From Spirochaeta lutea (GTDB lineage: Bacteria > Spirochaetota > Spirochaetia > DSM-27196 > Salinispiraceae), in assembly GCF_000758165.1 (NCBI RefSeq), contig NZ_JNUP01000067.1:77646-141645 (forward strand): a stretch of DNA of 64,000 nucleotides, given 5' to 3'. This document shows, one piece after another, positions 29,448-37,317 of the stretch. A program made the position numbers and the translations under genes. The notes under the pieces were generated by a model. The model did no database searches and had not been told where the DNA came from. It worked only from the letters and a program-made list of their open reading frames with translations. The number at the start of each line of letters is the position of its first letter. The first letter of the stretch is position 1.

Positions 29448-30409
29448 ATCTTTACCATGGAAATCTCAGGCTGAGCATGAGCCACCGGCATAGCCGGGGC
29501 GAAGACAGGACGGAGTCCCTGCAAAAAGAACGCACTAAGTACGGTTTGCCGATCAAACACCATCTCCAGCTGGTCAACCCCTGCGAGACTGAAGAACGGA
29601 CGGTAGAGACGGCCGCTGACTGCCGGCTGGAGGGTGAAGGCCTTCGCGTGAAATTGACCGGGAGCAATGGAGGACCGGGGAAAACTCAGCCACCTGCTCA
29701 ACCCCCGGCGCACCGATAGCAGCTGCAAACCCCTCCATACGGCCCTGCGACCCTGGGCGTCCCGCATCTCCAAACCTCCCCGGTACCCCCCCCAGGAGGC
29801 TGTTTGCAGACTATCCAGGTAAATCCATCCGAAAACCTGATCCTGCCCGCCGCTAACCTCTAAACAATATGCGCCCCGATCATCCAATCCGGGCCGGCAC
29901 CGCCACATCAGTTCCCCGGATTCCCGGCCCATGGCCCGGTTCACCGAAAATCCATCCCAGCCCCCCGGCACGCCGTGTCCAGAACCGTGTCCAGAACCGT
30001 GTCCAGAACCGTGTCCAGAACCGTGTCCAGAACCATACCGGGGATCGGAATCGCTCCCTGCCTGGATAACCGCCTGCCCGGAGGCCGAGGCATATCCGGA
30101 ACCAGAACCCGAGCAGCCCCGATCCTGACCCCCAGGCTGCCCGGAGGCCGAGCCGCCATCCCCCGGGCTGAATTCCGTACTGACGATGAAAACGGGTCGC
30201 TCCAACTGATCGGTAACCACCAGAGGCTGGGTTGAAAAAAACCGAAGTTCGAAATTTGCTATTCGTAATCCCAGGGTCAGACTGTCAGAAAGAGTGATAC
30301 CCCCGTATCGCTGGAGGGCTGCTCCACAGGAGTGACAAAAAAAATCGTTGCGATTAACCGGTACACTGCAGAAGGGACATTGATGATTCATACAGTATCC
30401 ATTATCCAT
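29444..30409 (-). CDS. Zinc-ribbon-domain protein with a (GSGH)x5 His/Gly repeat (hypothetical).
   Basis: N-terminal CPFCSV...FCHSCG zinc ribbon. Internal GSGHGSGHGSGHGSGHGSGHG is encoded by a 12-bp x5 tandem DNA repeat. Confidence 0.5.
   Translation of the reverse strand: MDNGYCMNHQCPFCSVPVNRNDFFCHSCGAALQRYGGITLSDSLTLGLRIANFELRFFSTQPLVVTDQLERPVFIVSTEFSPGDGGSASGQPGGQDRGCSGSGSGYASASGQAVIQAGSDSDPRYGSGHGSGHGSGHGSGHGSGHGVPGGWDGFSVNRAMGRESGELMWRCRPGLDDRGAYCLEVSGGQDQVFGWIYLDSLQTASWGGYRGGLEMRDAQGRRAVWRGLQLLSVRRGLSRWLSFPRSSIAPGQFHAKAFTLQPAVSGRLYRPFFSLAGVDQLEMVFDRQTVLSAFFLQGLRPVFAPAMPVAHAQPEISMVKI
29975..30034. repeat. Perfect tandem repeat (GTGTCCAGAACC)x5 inside the zinc-ribbon gene. It encodes the (GSGH)n tract on the minus strand.
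   Basis: Direct reading: five identical 12-bp units. Confidence 0.9.
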
Positions 30410-30515
30410 ACCGGGCCGGATTCCGCATTAAGAAAAATGCCTAGACCCCCGGGATTATGCTCCTGGCATGAAGGGGAACACCGAGTACCGCGAGGTATCT
30501 GCCGTCATCGGCGAG

Positions 30516-30604
30516 GGATGCGCCTAACATGAGAGGGAGCACCGGATGCGGGGGCTTTTCATTCCAGCGACGTTGTGGATGCGCCTAACATGAGAGGGAG
30601 CACC
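30516..30604. repeat. Two copies of a 28-bp direct repeat GGATGCGCCTAACATGAGAGGGAGCACC separated by a 33-bp spacer.
   Basis: Direct reading: identical 28-mers at 30516-30543 and 30577-30604. No cas genes in the window. Confidence 0.6.
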
Positions 30605-30741
30605 CCTTTGGACTGATATTGATTGTAGCGCTCAAAAGGTTGAAAACCACACCAGGTATAGCGGAGCCATCTAAAAGTCCACCCTTGGGTGGTGTCCCCG
30701 GGGTGCCATGGTACAACCTTTTGCACACTCTGAAAAAACCC

Positions 30742-30800
30742 TTGACAACCTTGCCATCAGGGTTTATACCTAAATTGTACTAATCAATTAATACAATAAT
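30742..30800 (+). promoter_or_regulatory. Sigma70-like promoter (TTGACA-N17-TATACC) overlapped by an operator palindrome GTACTAAT-N18-ATTAGTAC, upstream of the YtrA-type regulator gene.
   Basis: -35 at 30742-30747 and -10 at 30765-30770. Perfect 8-bp inverted repeat at 30767-30774 / 30793-30800 in an AT-rich island atypical for this high-GC window. Confidence 0.4.
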
Positions 30801-30955
30801 ACATTAGTACACTGGTACAAAGAGGGTGCAGAACCACGGGTGAGGGTAACTAAAAAAAACCAGCAATACCGTCCCTCGCCAGTCGGATGCAGAACCAGGC
30901 TTCCGGCGGGCTATGCACCCTCAATGAATCCGCCAGGGAGGTTGGCCAGGTGGCT

Positions 30956-31354
30956 ATGGAACGGCAGAAACAGGATATTCCCTTCAGCCTCGATCCCAAA
31001 AGCGGCGTGCCCTACTACAAGCAGATCATTCTGCAGGTGGAAATGGCCATCGCCGATGGACGCTTGTCCACGGGAGATCAGCTGCCCACGGTTCGAAGCC
31101 TGGCGGTAGACCTGCAGATTAATCCAAACACCGCGGCCAGAGCCTACAACGAATTGGAGATCCGGGGCATTGTGACCACCCAGCAGGGCACCGGTACCTT
31201 CATCAGCGACCGGAAGCTGGAGATTAGCCAGGTAGAACGGGAGCAGATGCTGGAGGAGATTACCCGTTCAATGCTCACCAAGGCCCGGGCCTACGGATTT
31301 CAGGTTTCGGAACTGGTGGAGGCCATCCAGCGGATCGAGAACCAGGAGGATTAG
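30956..31354 (+). CDS. GntR-family transcriptional regulator, YtrA subfamily (short C-terminus).
   Basis: SGVPYYKQIILQVEMAIADGRLSTGDQLPTVRSLAVDLQINPNTAARAYNELEIRGIVTTQQGTGTFI is a GntR winged HTH. About 130 aa. It precedes an ABC transporter operon, as is typical for YtrA regulators. Confidence 0.75.
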   Translation: MERQKQDIPFSLDPKSGVPYYKQIILQVEMAIADGRLSTGDQLPTVRSLAVDLQINPNTAARAYNELEIRGIVTTQQGTGTFISDRKLEISQVEREQMLEEITRSMLTKARAYGFQVSELVEAIQRIENQED

Positions 31355-31363
31355 GAGGCCCCT

Positions 31364-32638
31364 ATGGTCATATTCGGACAAAAGCAGTTGTTTTCACGGA
31401 TTAAAAATCCCGCCAAACCGAAGCGGGCAAAGGACTTTGAGTTCAGCATCTTTTCCTTCTTTTGGATGATGGTGATTCTAACGTCCTTCGCCATCCTGCA
31501 AGTCCTGGTGGCGAACATCCCCCCCCAGGGGCTCATTATTAGGGGCGCGTTGGGAGTCGTCATGGCTGCCCTGGTGTACCTGGTCATTCCAACCTGGTCG
31601 GCGATCATCCCCGCCCTGCTCCTGGCGCAGATCAGCCTTTTTACCGCCAGCGGGCCGGAAAGCCTGCCATCGGGCTGGACCGTCCTGAGCTACACCCTGA
31701 GCCCCGGGGACGGTCTGTTCATTCTGGGTGTGCTCGCGGCCTGTTTGACCGGCCCGTCTCTCCAGATTGTGCTCCAGTGGGATAAGGTAGTCATCCTGCG
31801 GATGGGCCGCTTCCGGAAGGTGCACGGTCCTGGACCGGTATTCCTGATTCCTCTGATCGACCGCTGCGCAGCCTTCGTGGATACCCGGATCCGGGTTACA
31901 GATTTCAGCGCGGAGAAAATTCTCACCCGGGATACGGTTCCGGTACATGTGGATGCCCTGGCGTTCTGGATGATCTGGGATGCCCAACGGGCAATCCTGG
32001 AGGTGGAGGACTTCATGGAAGCGGTAACCCTCTCTGCCCAGACGGCCCTGCGGGACAGCATCGGCAAATACAGCCTTACCACCCTGTTGAGCGAACGGGA
32101 GACCCTCTACCGGGAGATTCAAACCATCCTGGATGCTAAAACCAACCCATGGGGCATAACTATTTTGAGTGTGGAGTTCACTGACATCCTCCTGCCCCAG
32201 GAATTGGAAGATGTCATGTCCAAACAAGCCCAGGCGGAACGGGAAAAACAGGCCCGGCACTACCTGGCCCAGGCGGAGAAGGAAATAGCCTCGGAGTTCG
32301 CCGAGGCTGCCGAGGTGTACCGGCACAATCCCGAGGCTCTGAACCTCCGGGCTATGAATATGGTGTACGACGGGATGAAGGCCCGGGGCAGTCTGGTGCT
32401 GCTTCCCTCCGGGGCCCTGGAGCATATGAATCTCGGCTCGGTTATGGGGGTTACCGGTTTAGCGAAACAGACCGGCGCCGGGAAGGATCCGGCTTCCCCG
32501 TCTATTGAGACCGGGGTGTCGGATTCAGATGAGGTATCCCGGACAACCCGGGCCCCGGAGCCTTCCAAGGAACCGCCTGGAGAGGCCTCCGACGGGGAGA
32601 AGGGGGCCGAAGGAGCCGCCGGAAAGGAGCATACCTAA
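31364..32638 (+). CDS. SPFH/band-7 (stomatin/prohibitin-like) membrane protein with an N-terminal polytopic membrane region and an acidic C-terminal tail.
   Basis: KVVILRMGRFRKVHGPGPVFLIPLIDR...DTRIRVTDFSAEKILTRDTVPVHVDALAFW is the canonical SPFH core. Several N-terminal TM helices. GGAGG RBS. Confidence 0.75.
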   Translation: MVIFGQKQLFSRIKNPAKPKRAKDFEFSIFSFFWMMVILTSFAILQVLVANIPPQGLIIRGALGVVMAALVYLVIPTWSAIIPALLLAQISLFTASGPESLPSGWTVLSYTLSPGDGLFILGVLAACLTGPSLQIVLQWDKVVILRMGRFRKVHGPGPVFLIPLIDRCAAFVDTRIRVTDFSAEKILTRDTVPVHVDALAFWMIWDAQRAILEVEDFMEAVTLSAQTALRDSIGKYSLTTLLSERETLYREIQTILDAKTNPWGITILSVEFTDILLPQELEDVMSKQAQAEREKQARHYLAQAEKEIASEFAEAAEVYRHNPEALNLRAMNMVYDGMKARGSLVLLPSGALEHMNLGSVMGVTGLAKQTGAGKDPASPSIETGVSDSDEVSRTTRAPEPSKEPPGEASDGEKGAEGAAGKEHT

Positions 32639-32777
32639 GGACGGGGTTCGCCGGGGAGATTAGGGTACACCCCCGGGCAGCCGACCTGGAAGCATTAAAA
32701 TCACCCTAAGACCAAGAAAAAAAAACGTCCCAGCCTGGGCGGCCACCCGGGACAGGACGATAAACCTGGAGGTTTTT

Positions 32778-33482
32778 ATGATTACTGTAAGAAATCTTAC
32801 AAAAGAATACCACAGCGGCGAAACCGTTGTAAAGGCGCTGCGAGGTGTGGACCTGGACATCGGAGCTGGGGAATTTTTATCCATCGCGGGGCCCTCGGGA
32901 TCCGGAAAATCGACCTTGCTGAACCTTATGGGCTGCATCGACACCCCTGACAGCGGAACCCTGAAGGTGGAAGACCAGGATGTGTCCCGGCTGAACAAGG
33001 ATCAGCTGGCACTGTTCCGCCGGCGACGATTGGGTTTTATTTTCCAGACCTACAATCTCATTCCGGTTTTGACGGGTTTCGAGAATGTAGCTCTGGCACT
33101 GAATCTCCTGGGTCTACCGGATTCAGAGATCCGGGACCGGACCCGGGCCATCCTGGATGAGGTAGGGCTCTTAGGCATGGAGGACCGGGTTCCCAGCAAA
33201 CTCTCTGGGGGGCAGCAGCAGCGCGTCGCCATCGCCCGGGCCTTGGTCAAAGAGCCCAGTATCGTCCTGGCGGATGAGCCCACGGCGAACCTGGACTCCA
33301 AAACAGGGGAAGACATCCTTAAGCTCATGGAGGATATGAATAAGCGCCACGGCACAACCTTCGTATTCAGCACCCACGATCCCATGGTGATGCAGTATGC
33401 CCACCGCCTTATCCAGTTGCATGACGGGCTCATCCAGAGTGATGAGCGCCGGGCCGAGGCCGAAACGGCACGGGTTCATTAG
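32778..33482 (+). CDS. ABC transporter ATP-binding protein, LolD/MacB-type.
   Basis: Walker A GPSGSGKST, signature LSGGQQQRVAIARAL, Walker B IVLADEPTANLD. Confidence 0.85.
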   Translation: MITVRNLTKEYHSGETVVKALRGVDLDIGAGEFLSIAGPSGSGKSTLLNLMGCIDTPDSGTLKVEDQDVSRLNKDQLALFRRRRLGFIFQTYNLIPVLTGFENVALALNLLGLPDSEIRDRTRAILDEVGLLGMEDRVPSKLSGGQQQRVAIARALVKEPSIVLADEPTANLDSKTGEDILKLMEDMNKRHGTTFVFSTHDPMVMQYAHRLIQLHDGLIQSDERRAEAETARVH

Positions 33483-33491
33483 GAGGCAGGT

Positions 33492-34853
33492 ATGAAGACA
33501 TCAGCCAAACAACCCAATACCCATAAGACCCCCCTGGGGTTTATTTTCACCCTTTCATGGAAGAATCTTTCACGGCATAAAAAACGAACCATTATTACCG
33601 CCAGCGCAATCGCCTTCGGGCTGTCCATGTATCTGTTTCTTGATGCCTGGCTGTTGGGTGCGGAGCTGGATTCCGAGCGGAATCTGATCTGGTATGAAAC
33701 CAGCTCAGCCCGGGTGCATAATCCCGAGTACTGGGAAAACCGGGAGCGCTTGGAGCTCAAGCATGTGATTTCCCAGCCCGCACGGGTTATTCAGGAGATT
33801 GAAGAGCTGGGGTATCCTGCAGCCCCCCGGACGGTGTTCCGGGCGGATTTAGCGGTGCGCCAGGACCCCTTCCCCACCGACGGAAGCATGCAGGTCCGGG
33901 TGTACGCCATTGATCCCCAGCGGGATGATCAGGTTTTCCGTCTGTCCCGGACCATTGAGGAGGGTGGTCCTCTGTCCGGACCGGGTCTGGAGGGCCTCGC
34001 CCAGGATGGCAGCCCCGGAGAAACCGGGACGGAAGGGTTGTCCGACGAGCTGCCGGGTGCCCTAATAGGGCGGTGGCTGGCCGAGGATTTGGGCGCAGAA
34101 GTGGGGTATCCCATCACCCTGATTACCCGGACCCGGGAAGGGTTCTACCAGACCATCGATCTGGAGATCCAGGGCATCCTCAATAGTCCCAATCCGATGA
34201 TTAACCGGGGGACGGTGTTCATCTCCCTGGGAACCGCCGACCGGGCGCTCCAGATGCAGGGTGCTGTTACCGAGGTGAACATCCGGATGCCCGACCGGGC
34301 GGATACCTACAGCGCTGCAGCCCAGCTGGAGGAGGATCTATCCGGGGTGAACGGCGGTCTCGGGGTGTATCCCTGGCAGGAAATCGCCAGAGACTACATC
34401 GCCATGTCATCCACGAAGCGCCAGGGCTCGGGGCTTATGCTCTTTCTGGTGTTCATCATCGCTGCAGTGGGAATATCCAACACCATGCTCATGGTTGTCT
34501 TTGAGCGAACCCGGGAGCTGGGTACCCTTCGAGCCATCGGCATGAAGGACGGGGATATCAGACTGAACTTCTTGTTCGAGGCCGGTGGGATCGGCATTCT
34601 CGGCGGGCTGGGCGGCTTGGTGATGGGATCGCTTCTTGTGGCCTTCGTCACCTACATCGGGGTTGATTTTTCCTTCATGCTCCGGGATATAGACATCGGG
34701 TACCGGCTATCAGGGGTAATGTACGGGGCATGGCATCCTGCCGCCATGATCGGGGGGTTTGCGCTCTGCGTGATCATGACCATGGTCGTGGCATACTTCC
34801 CCACCCGACGGGCCTTGGATATGGAGATAACCGACTGTCTCCGGGATGAGTAG
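33492..34853 (+). CDS. FtsX-family ABC permease (LolC/LolE/MacB-like), first of two.
   Basis: N-terminal TM helix, large periplasmic domain, and C-terminal 3-TM FtsX module (MLMVVFERTRELGTLRAIGM). Confidence 0.8.
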   Translation: MKTSAKQPNTHKTPLGFIFTLSWKNLSRHKKRTIITASAIAFGLSMYLFLDAWLLGAELDSERNLIWYETSSARVHNPEYWENRERLELKHVISQPARVIQEIEELGYPAAPRTVFRADLAVRQDPFPTDGSMQVRVYAIDPQRDDQVFRLSRTIEEGGPLSGPGLEGLAQDGSPGETGTEGLSDELPGALIGRWLAEDLGAEVGYPITLITRTREGFYQTIDLEIQGILNSPNPMINRGTVFISLGTADRALQMQGAVTEVNIRMPDRADTYSAAAQLEEDLSGVNGGLGVYPWQEIARDYIAMSSTKRQGSGLMLFLVFIIAAVGISNTMLMVVFERTRELGTLRAIGMKDGDIRLNFLFEAGGIGILGGLGGLVMGSLLVAFVTYIGVDFSFMLRDIDIGYRLSGVMYGAWHPAAMIGGFALCVIMTMVVAYFPTRRALDMEITDCLRDE

Positions 34854-34871
34854 GCGGGTAAGGAGTAGATT

Positions 34872-36146
34872 ATGAACATTCAAACAATGGCATTGCGCAA
34901 TATAAATCGAAACCGTCGCCGGAGCATCCTCTCCGGTACGGCAACGGCTGTGGCAACCATGGCCATCGTATTCCTCTTTGCCCTCATCGGGGGTATGAAG
35001 AAGGATTACAGCGACACCGTCAGCCGGTATGTAAGCGGACATGTACGGATCAGACACAGCGAGTATTCGGATAACGAGCATTTGAATCCCCTACACCTCC
35101 GGGTGACAAACTACCAAGACCTCTTGGAAACCCTGGAATCCCGGTACCCCGAGGCGCAGCTTTCGCCGAGAATCCGGATTCCCGCCAGCCTCTACCGGGA
35201 GGATCAGAACACCGCGGTTCAGGCCCTGGGGGTACGCTTTCCCCAGGAGATTTCTTACATGAATCTCGGGGATTATATAACCCAGGGTGAGGTTCCCCGG
35301 ACCGGCAGCCGGGAGGCGTTGATAGGTCCGGGCTTGGCCGAGGATCTAGGGCTCGGGGTGGGCGATACCATTACGCTCCTAGGTCAGACCATGCGTAGGG
35401 CAAGTAACGCCATGAGTTTTACCGTGTCCGGCATTGTAACCTTCCCCCTGGCCAGTCTGAACAGAACCACCGTCCTCATTCCCTTGGAGGCTGCAGGCGG
35501 CCTAGTAAAAATGGGCGATGCGGTAACCGAGATTCTCTTGCGTATTCCCGACGAGTCCCAAGCCAGGGCCCTCTCCAGGGAAATTCAGAACCTGGTTTCC
35601 CTGGGGGACGATCAGGGTGATGGGGTTGGTCTTGCCTACACTGCTGACCGAGCCGGCCTTGAGATCCTGGATTGGGAGAGTGTGGATATGCTGATTACCT
35701 TTCTGGGGCTCGCCGAATTGATCTACGCGGTCTTCGCCTTCGTATTCTTCATTCTGGCGAGCACCGTTCTGATAAATACCACCATGATGGTGGTGTTCGA
35801 GCGGACCCGGGAGATTGGTACCATCGGTGCCATGGGGATGTTAGGCCGGGAGATTGTGGGGCTGTTCTTTCTGGAGGCCTTCTTTATCGCCGTCATGGGA
35901 GCCCTGGGCGGGCTTACCCTGGGTACGGCGGTAGTAATCCCCCTGCAGAGTATCGGCCTGGACTTCAGCGAGGCAATGAGCGGTACGAGCATAAATATTC
36001 CAGGGATCATCTATCCCCAATACAACCTGGGAACCAGTCTGCTGGTTACCCTGTATTCCATTGTGGTGGCATCCTTAGCTGCCCTGCTTCCCAGCCGCCG
36101 AGCGGCTAGTATTGCACCCGTGGAGGCCCTGCGGTACCAAGGTTGA
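34872..36146 (+). CDS. FtsX-family ABC permease (LolC/LolE/MacB-like), second of two.
   Basis: Same architecture as the first permease (MMVVFERTREIGTIGAMGM). Confidence 0.8.
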   Translation: MNIQTMALRNINRNRRRSILSGTATAVATMAIVFLFALIGGMKKDYSDTVSRYVSGHVRIRHSEYSDNEHLNPLHLRVTNYQDLLETLESRYPEAQLSPRIRIPASLYREDQNTAVQALGVRFPQEISYMNLGDYITQGEVPRTGSREALIGPGLAEDLGLGVGDTITLLGQTMRRASNAMSFTVSGIVTFPLASLNRTTVLIPLEAAGGLVKMGDAVTEILLRIPDESQARALSREIQNLVSLGDDQGDGVGLAYTADRAGLEILDWESVDMLITFLGLAELIYAVFAFVFFILASTVLINTTMMVVFERTREIGTIGAMGMLGREIVGLFFLEAFFIAVMGALGGLTLGTAVVIPLQSIGLDFSEAMSGTSINIPGIIYPQYNLGTSLLVTLYSIVVASLAALLPSRRAASIAPVEALRYQG

Positions 36147-36174
36147 TCCTGGACCGACAGGTGTACGGAAATGA

Positions 36175-36200
36175 TAGTGCACACAAGGTTGTGCACTCTA
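36175..36200. repeat. Short palindromic relative of the dispersed repeat arm (TAGTGCACA-CAAGGT-TGTGCACTCTA), immediately upstream of the LolA-like gene.
   Basis: Direct reading. Shares TAGTGC.CA..AGGTTGT with the 21-bp arms of the 106-bp elements. A further half-copy lies at 30690-30731 (GGTGTCCCCGGGGTGCCATGGTACAACCTTTTGCACACTC). Confidence 0.4.
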
Positions 36201-36214
36201 TAAGGAGAACATAT

Positions 36215-37003
36215 ATGAAACGGCTTTTACTATTGCTAACGATATTCCTTGGCGGCATCCTGGCGGGCACCACCCCCGGGTTTACCCAAACAAGCCCAGG
36301 TTCCCGGGCAGCCGGAACCCCGGCGAATTTGACGGCCGAACAGATAATCCGAAGGACCCAAAATAACGAGGTTCACGAAACCTCCTTTATCCGGGGACGG
36401 ATGACCATCGAGGACCGCTTCGGAAGCAAGGTAAGCACCTTCCGGGCCTGGTCCCAGGGAGAAGAGGATATGCTTCTGGAGTTCACCAGCGTGGAGGAGG
36501 AGGGACAAAAGGTCCTGCGCACCCAGGGGCAGCTCTACCTCTACTACCCCGACGCTGCGGAGATTATCCGCATCCAAGGCAGCGCTCTCCGGGACAGCCT
36601 CTTGGGCTCGGACTTTAGCTACGAGGATATGACCGGCGGCCGGGATCTCCTGGACACCTACCGGTTCACCCTCCTGGGAACCGAGTCCCTGGATGGCCGG
36701 GAGGCGTACAAGATACAAATGGATGCTAAAAACTCCAGCGTGGCGTACCCGAAGCAGATTGTCTGGATAGACACCCGGGATTTTGTAACCCTGCAATCCC
36801 ACCGCTTCAGCCTATCCGGCCGGCTCCTAAAGGAGATGCAGGTTCTGGAAACCATGGAGGTGGATGGAAAGATCTTCCCATCCCGGACTACCATGCGCGA
36901 CACCCTGAAAACCAACAGCTCCACGGAATTCGAGATCCTGGAAATCGAATTGGGCCTCACCCTCCCCCGGGGCATCTTCAGTCTGGAGGAACTCTCATGG
37001 TAG
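36215..37003 (+). CDS. Outer-membrane lipoprotein-sorting / LolA-like carrier family protein (probable).
   Basis: Signal peptide MKRLLLLLTIFLGGILAG. About 260 aa soluble beta-rich protein immediately downstream of the LolD/C/E-like genes. Overall resemblance to the LolA-like DUF family is a judgement, not a motif match. Confidence 0.5.
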   Translation: MKRLLLLLTIFLGGILAGTTPGFTQTSPGSRAAGTPANLTAEQIIRRTQNNEVHETSFIRGRMTIEDRFGSKVSTFRAWSQGEEDMLLEFTSVEEEGQKVLRTQGQLYLYYPDAAEIIRIQGSALRDSLLGSDFSYEDMTGGRDLLDTYRFTLLGTESLDGREAYKIQMDAKNSSVAYPKQIVWIDTRDFVTLQSHRFSLSGRLLKEMQVLETMEVDGKIFPSRTTMRDTLKTNSSTEFEILEIELGLTLPRGIFSLEELSW

Positions 37004-37111
37004 CCCCCCAGGTTCTTCATCCCGGATCACCCGGGGCAGGCTCGACGCGGACACCCCAGCCCCTCCTTGGCATGGTCATGGCGGCCCTGGGATTTCCAGG
37101 GGGGTGCCGGG

Positions 37112-37237
37112 CCGGGACTCTCCATCGGACCGGGACTCTCCGCCGGGCCGGGACTCTCCGCCGGGCCGGGACTCTCCATCGGACCGGGACTCTCCATCGG
37201 ACCGGGACTCTCCACAGAACCGGGACTCTCCACAGAA
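37112..37237. repeat. Tandem array of seven 18-bp units, CCGGGACTCTCC followed by a variable hexamer (ATCGGA, GCCGGG or ACAGAA).
   Basis: Direct reading. The units fall between the LolA-like stop (37003) and the most plausible start of the next gene (37318), or within an N-terminal extension of it. Confidence 0.85.
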
Positions 37238-37317
37238 CCGGGATGGTGGGGCAGGCCGGCCATCAAGGCGACCCCGATGAGCTCCCCAGGATTCCCACCC
37301 GGCATCGGGCCAATTCT

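Noticed and set aside
30516-30604. Calling the two 28-bp repeats a CRISPR array
   Set aside because: There are only two repeat units, no cas genes in 64 kb, and the spacer partly resembles the repeat. It is kept as a low-interest finding rather than a CRISPR feature.
31478-32425. 315-aa minus-strand ORF inside the SPFH gene
   Set aside because: It is antisense to the SPFH gene, which has strong domain evidence and operon context.
32639-32777. A-run plus partial hairpin between the SPFH and ABC ATPase genes as a terminator
   Set aside because: The A-run precedes the stem on the coding strand, so the orientation is wrong for a + strand terminator. The stem is imperfect. It is more likely an internal intergenic structure within the operon.
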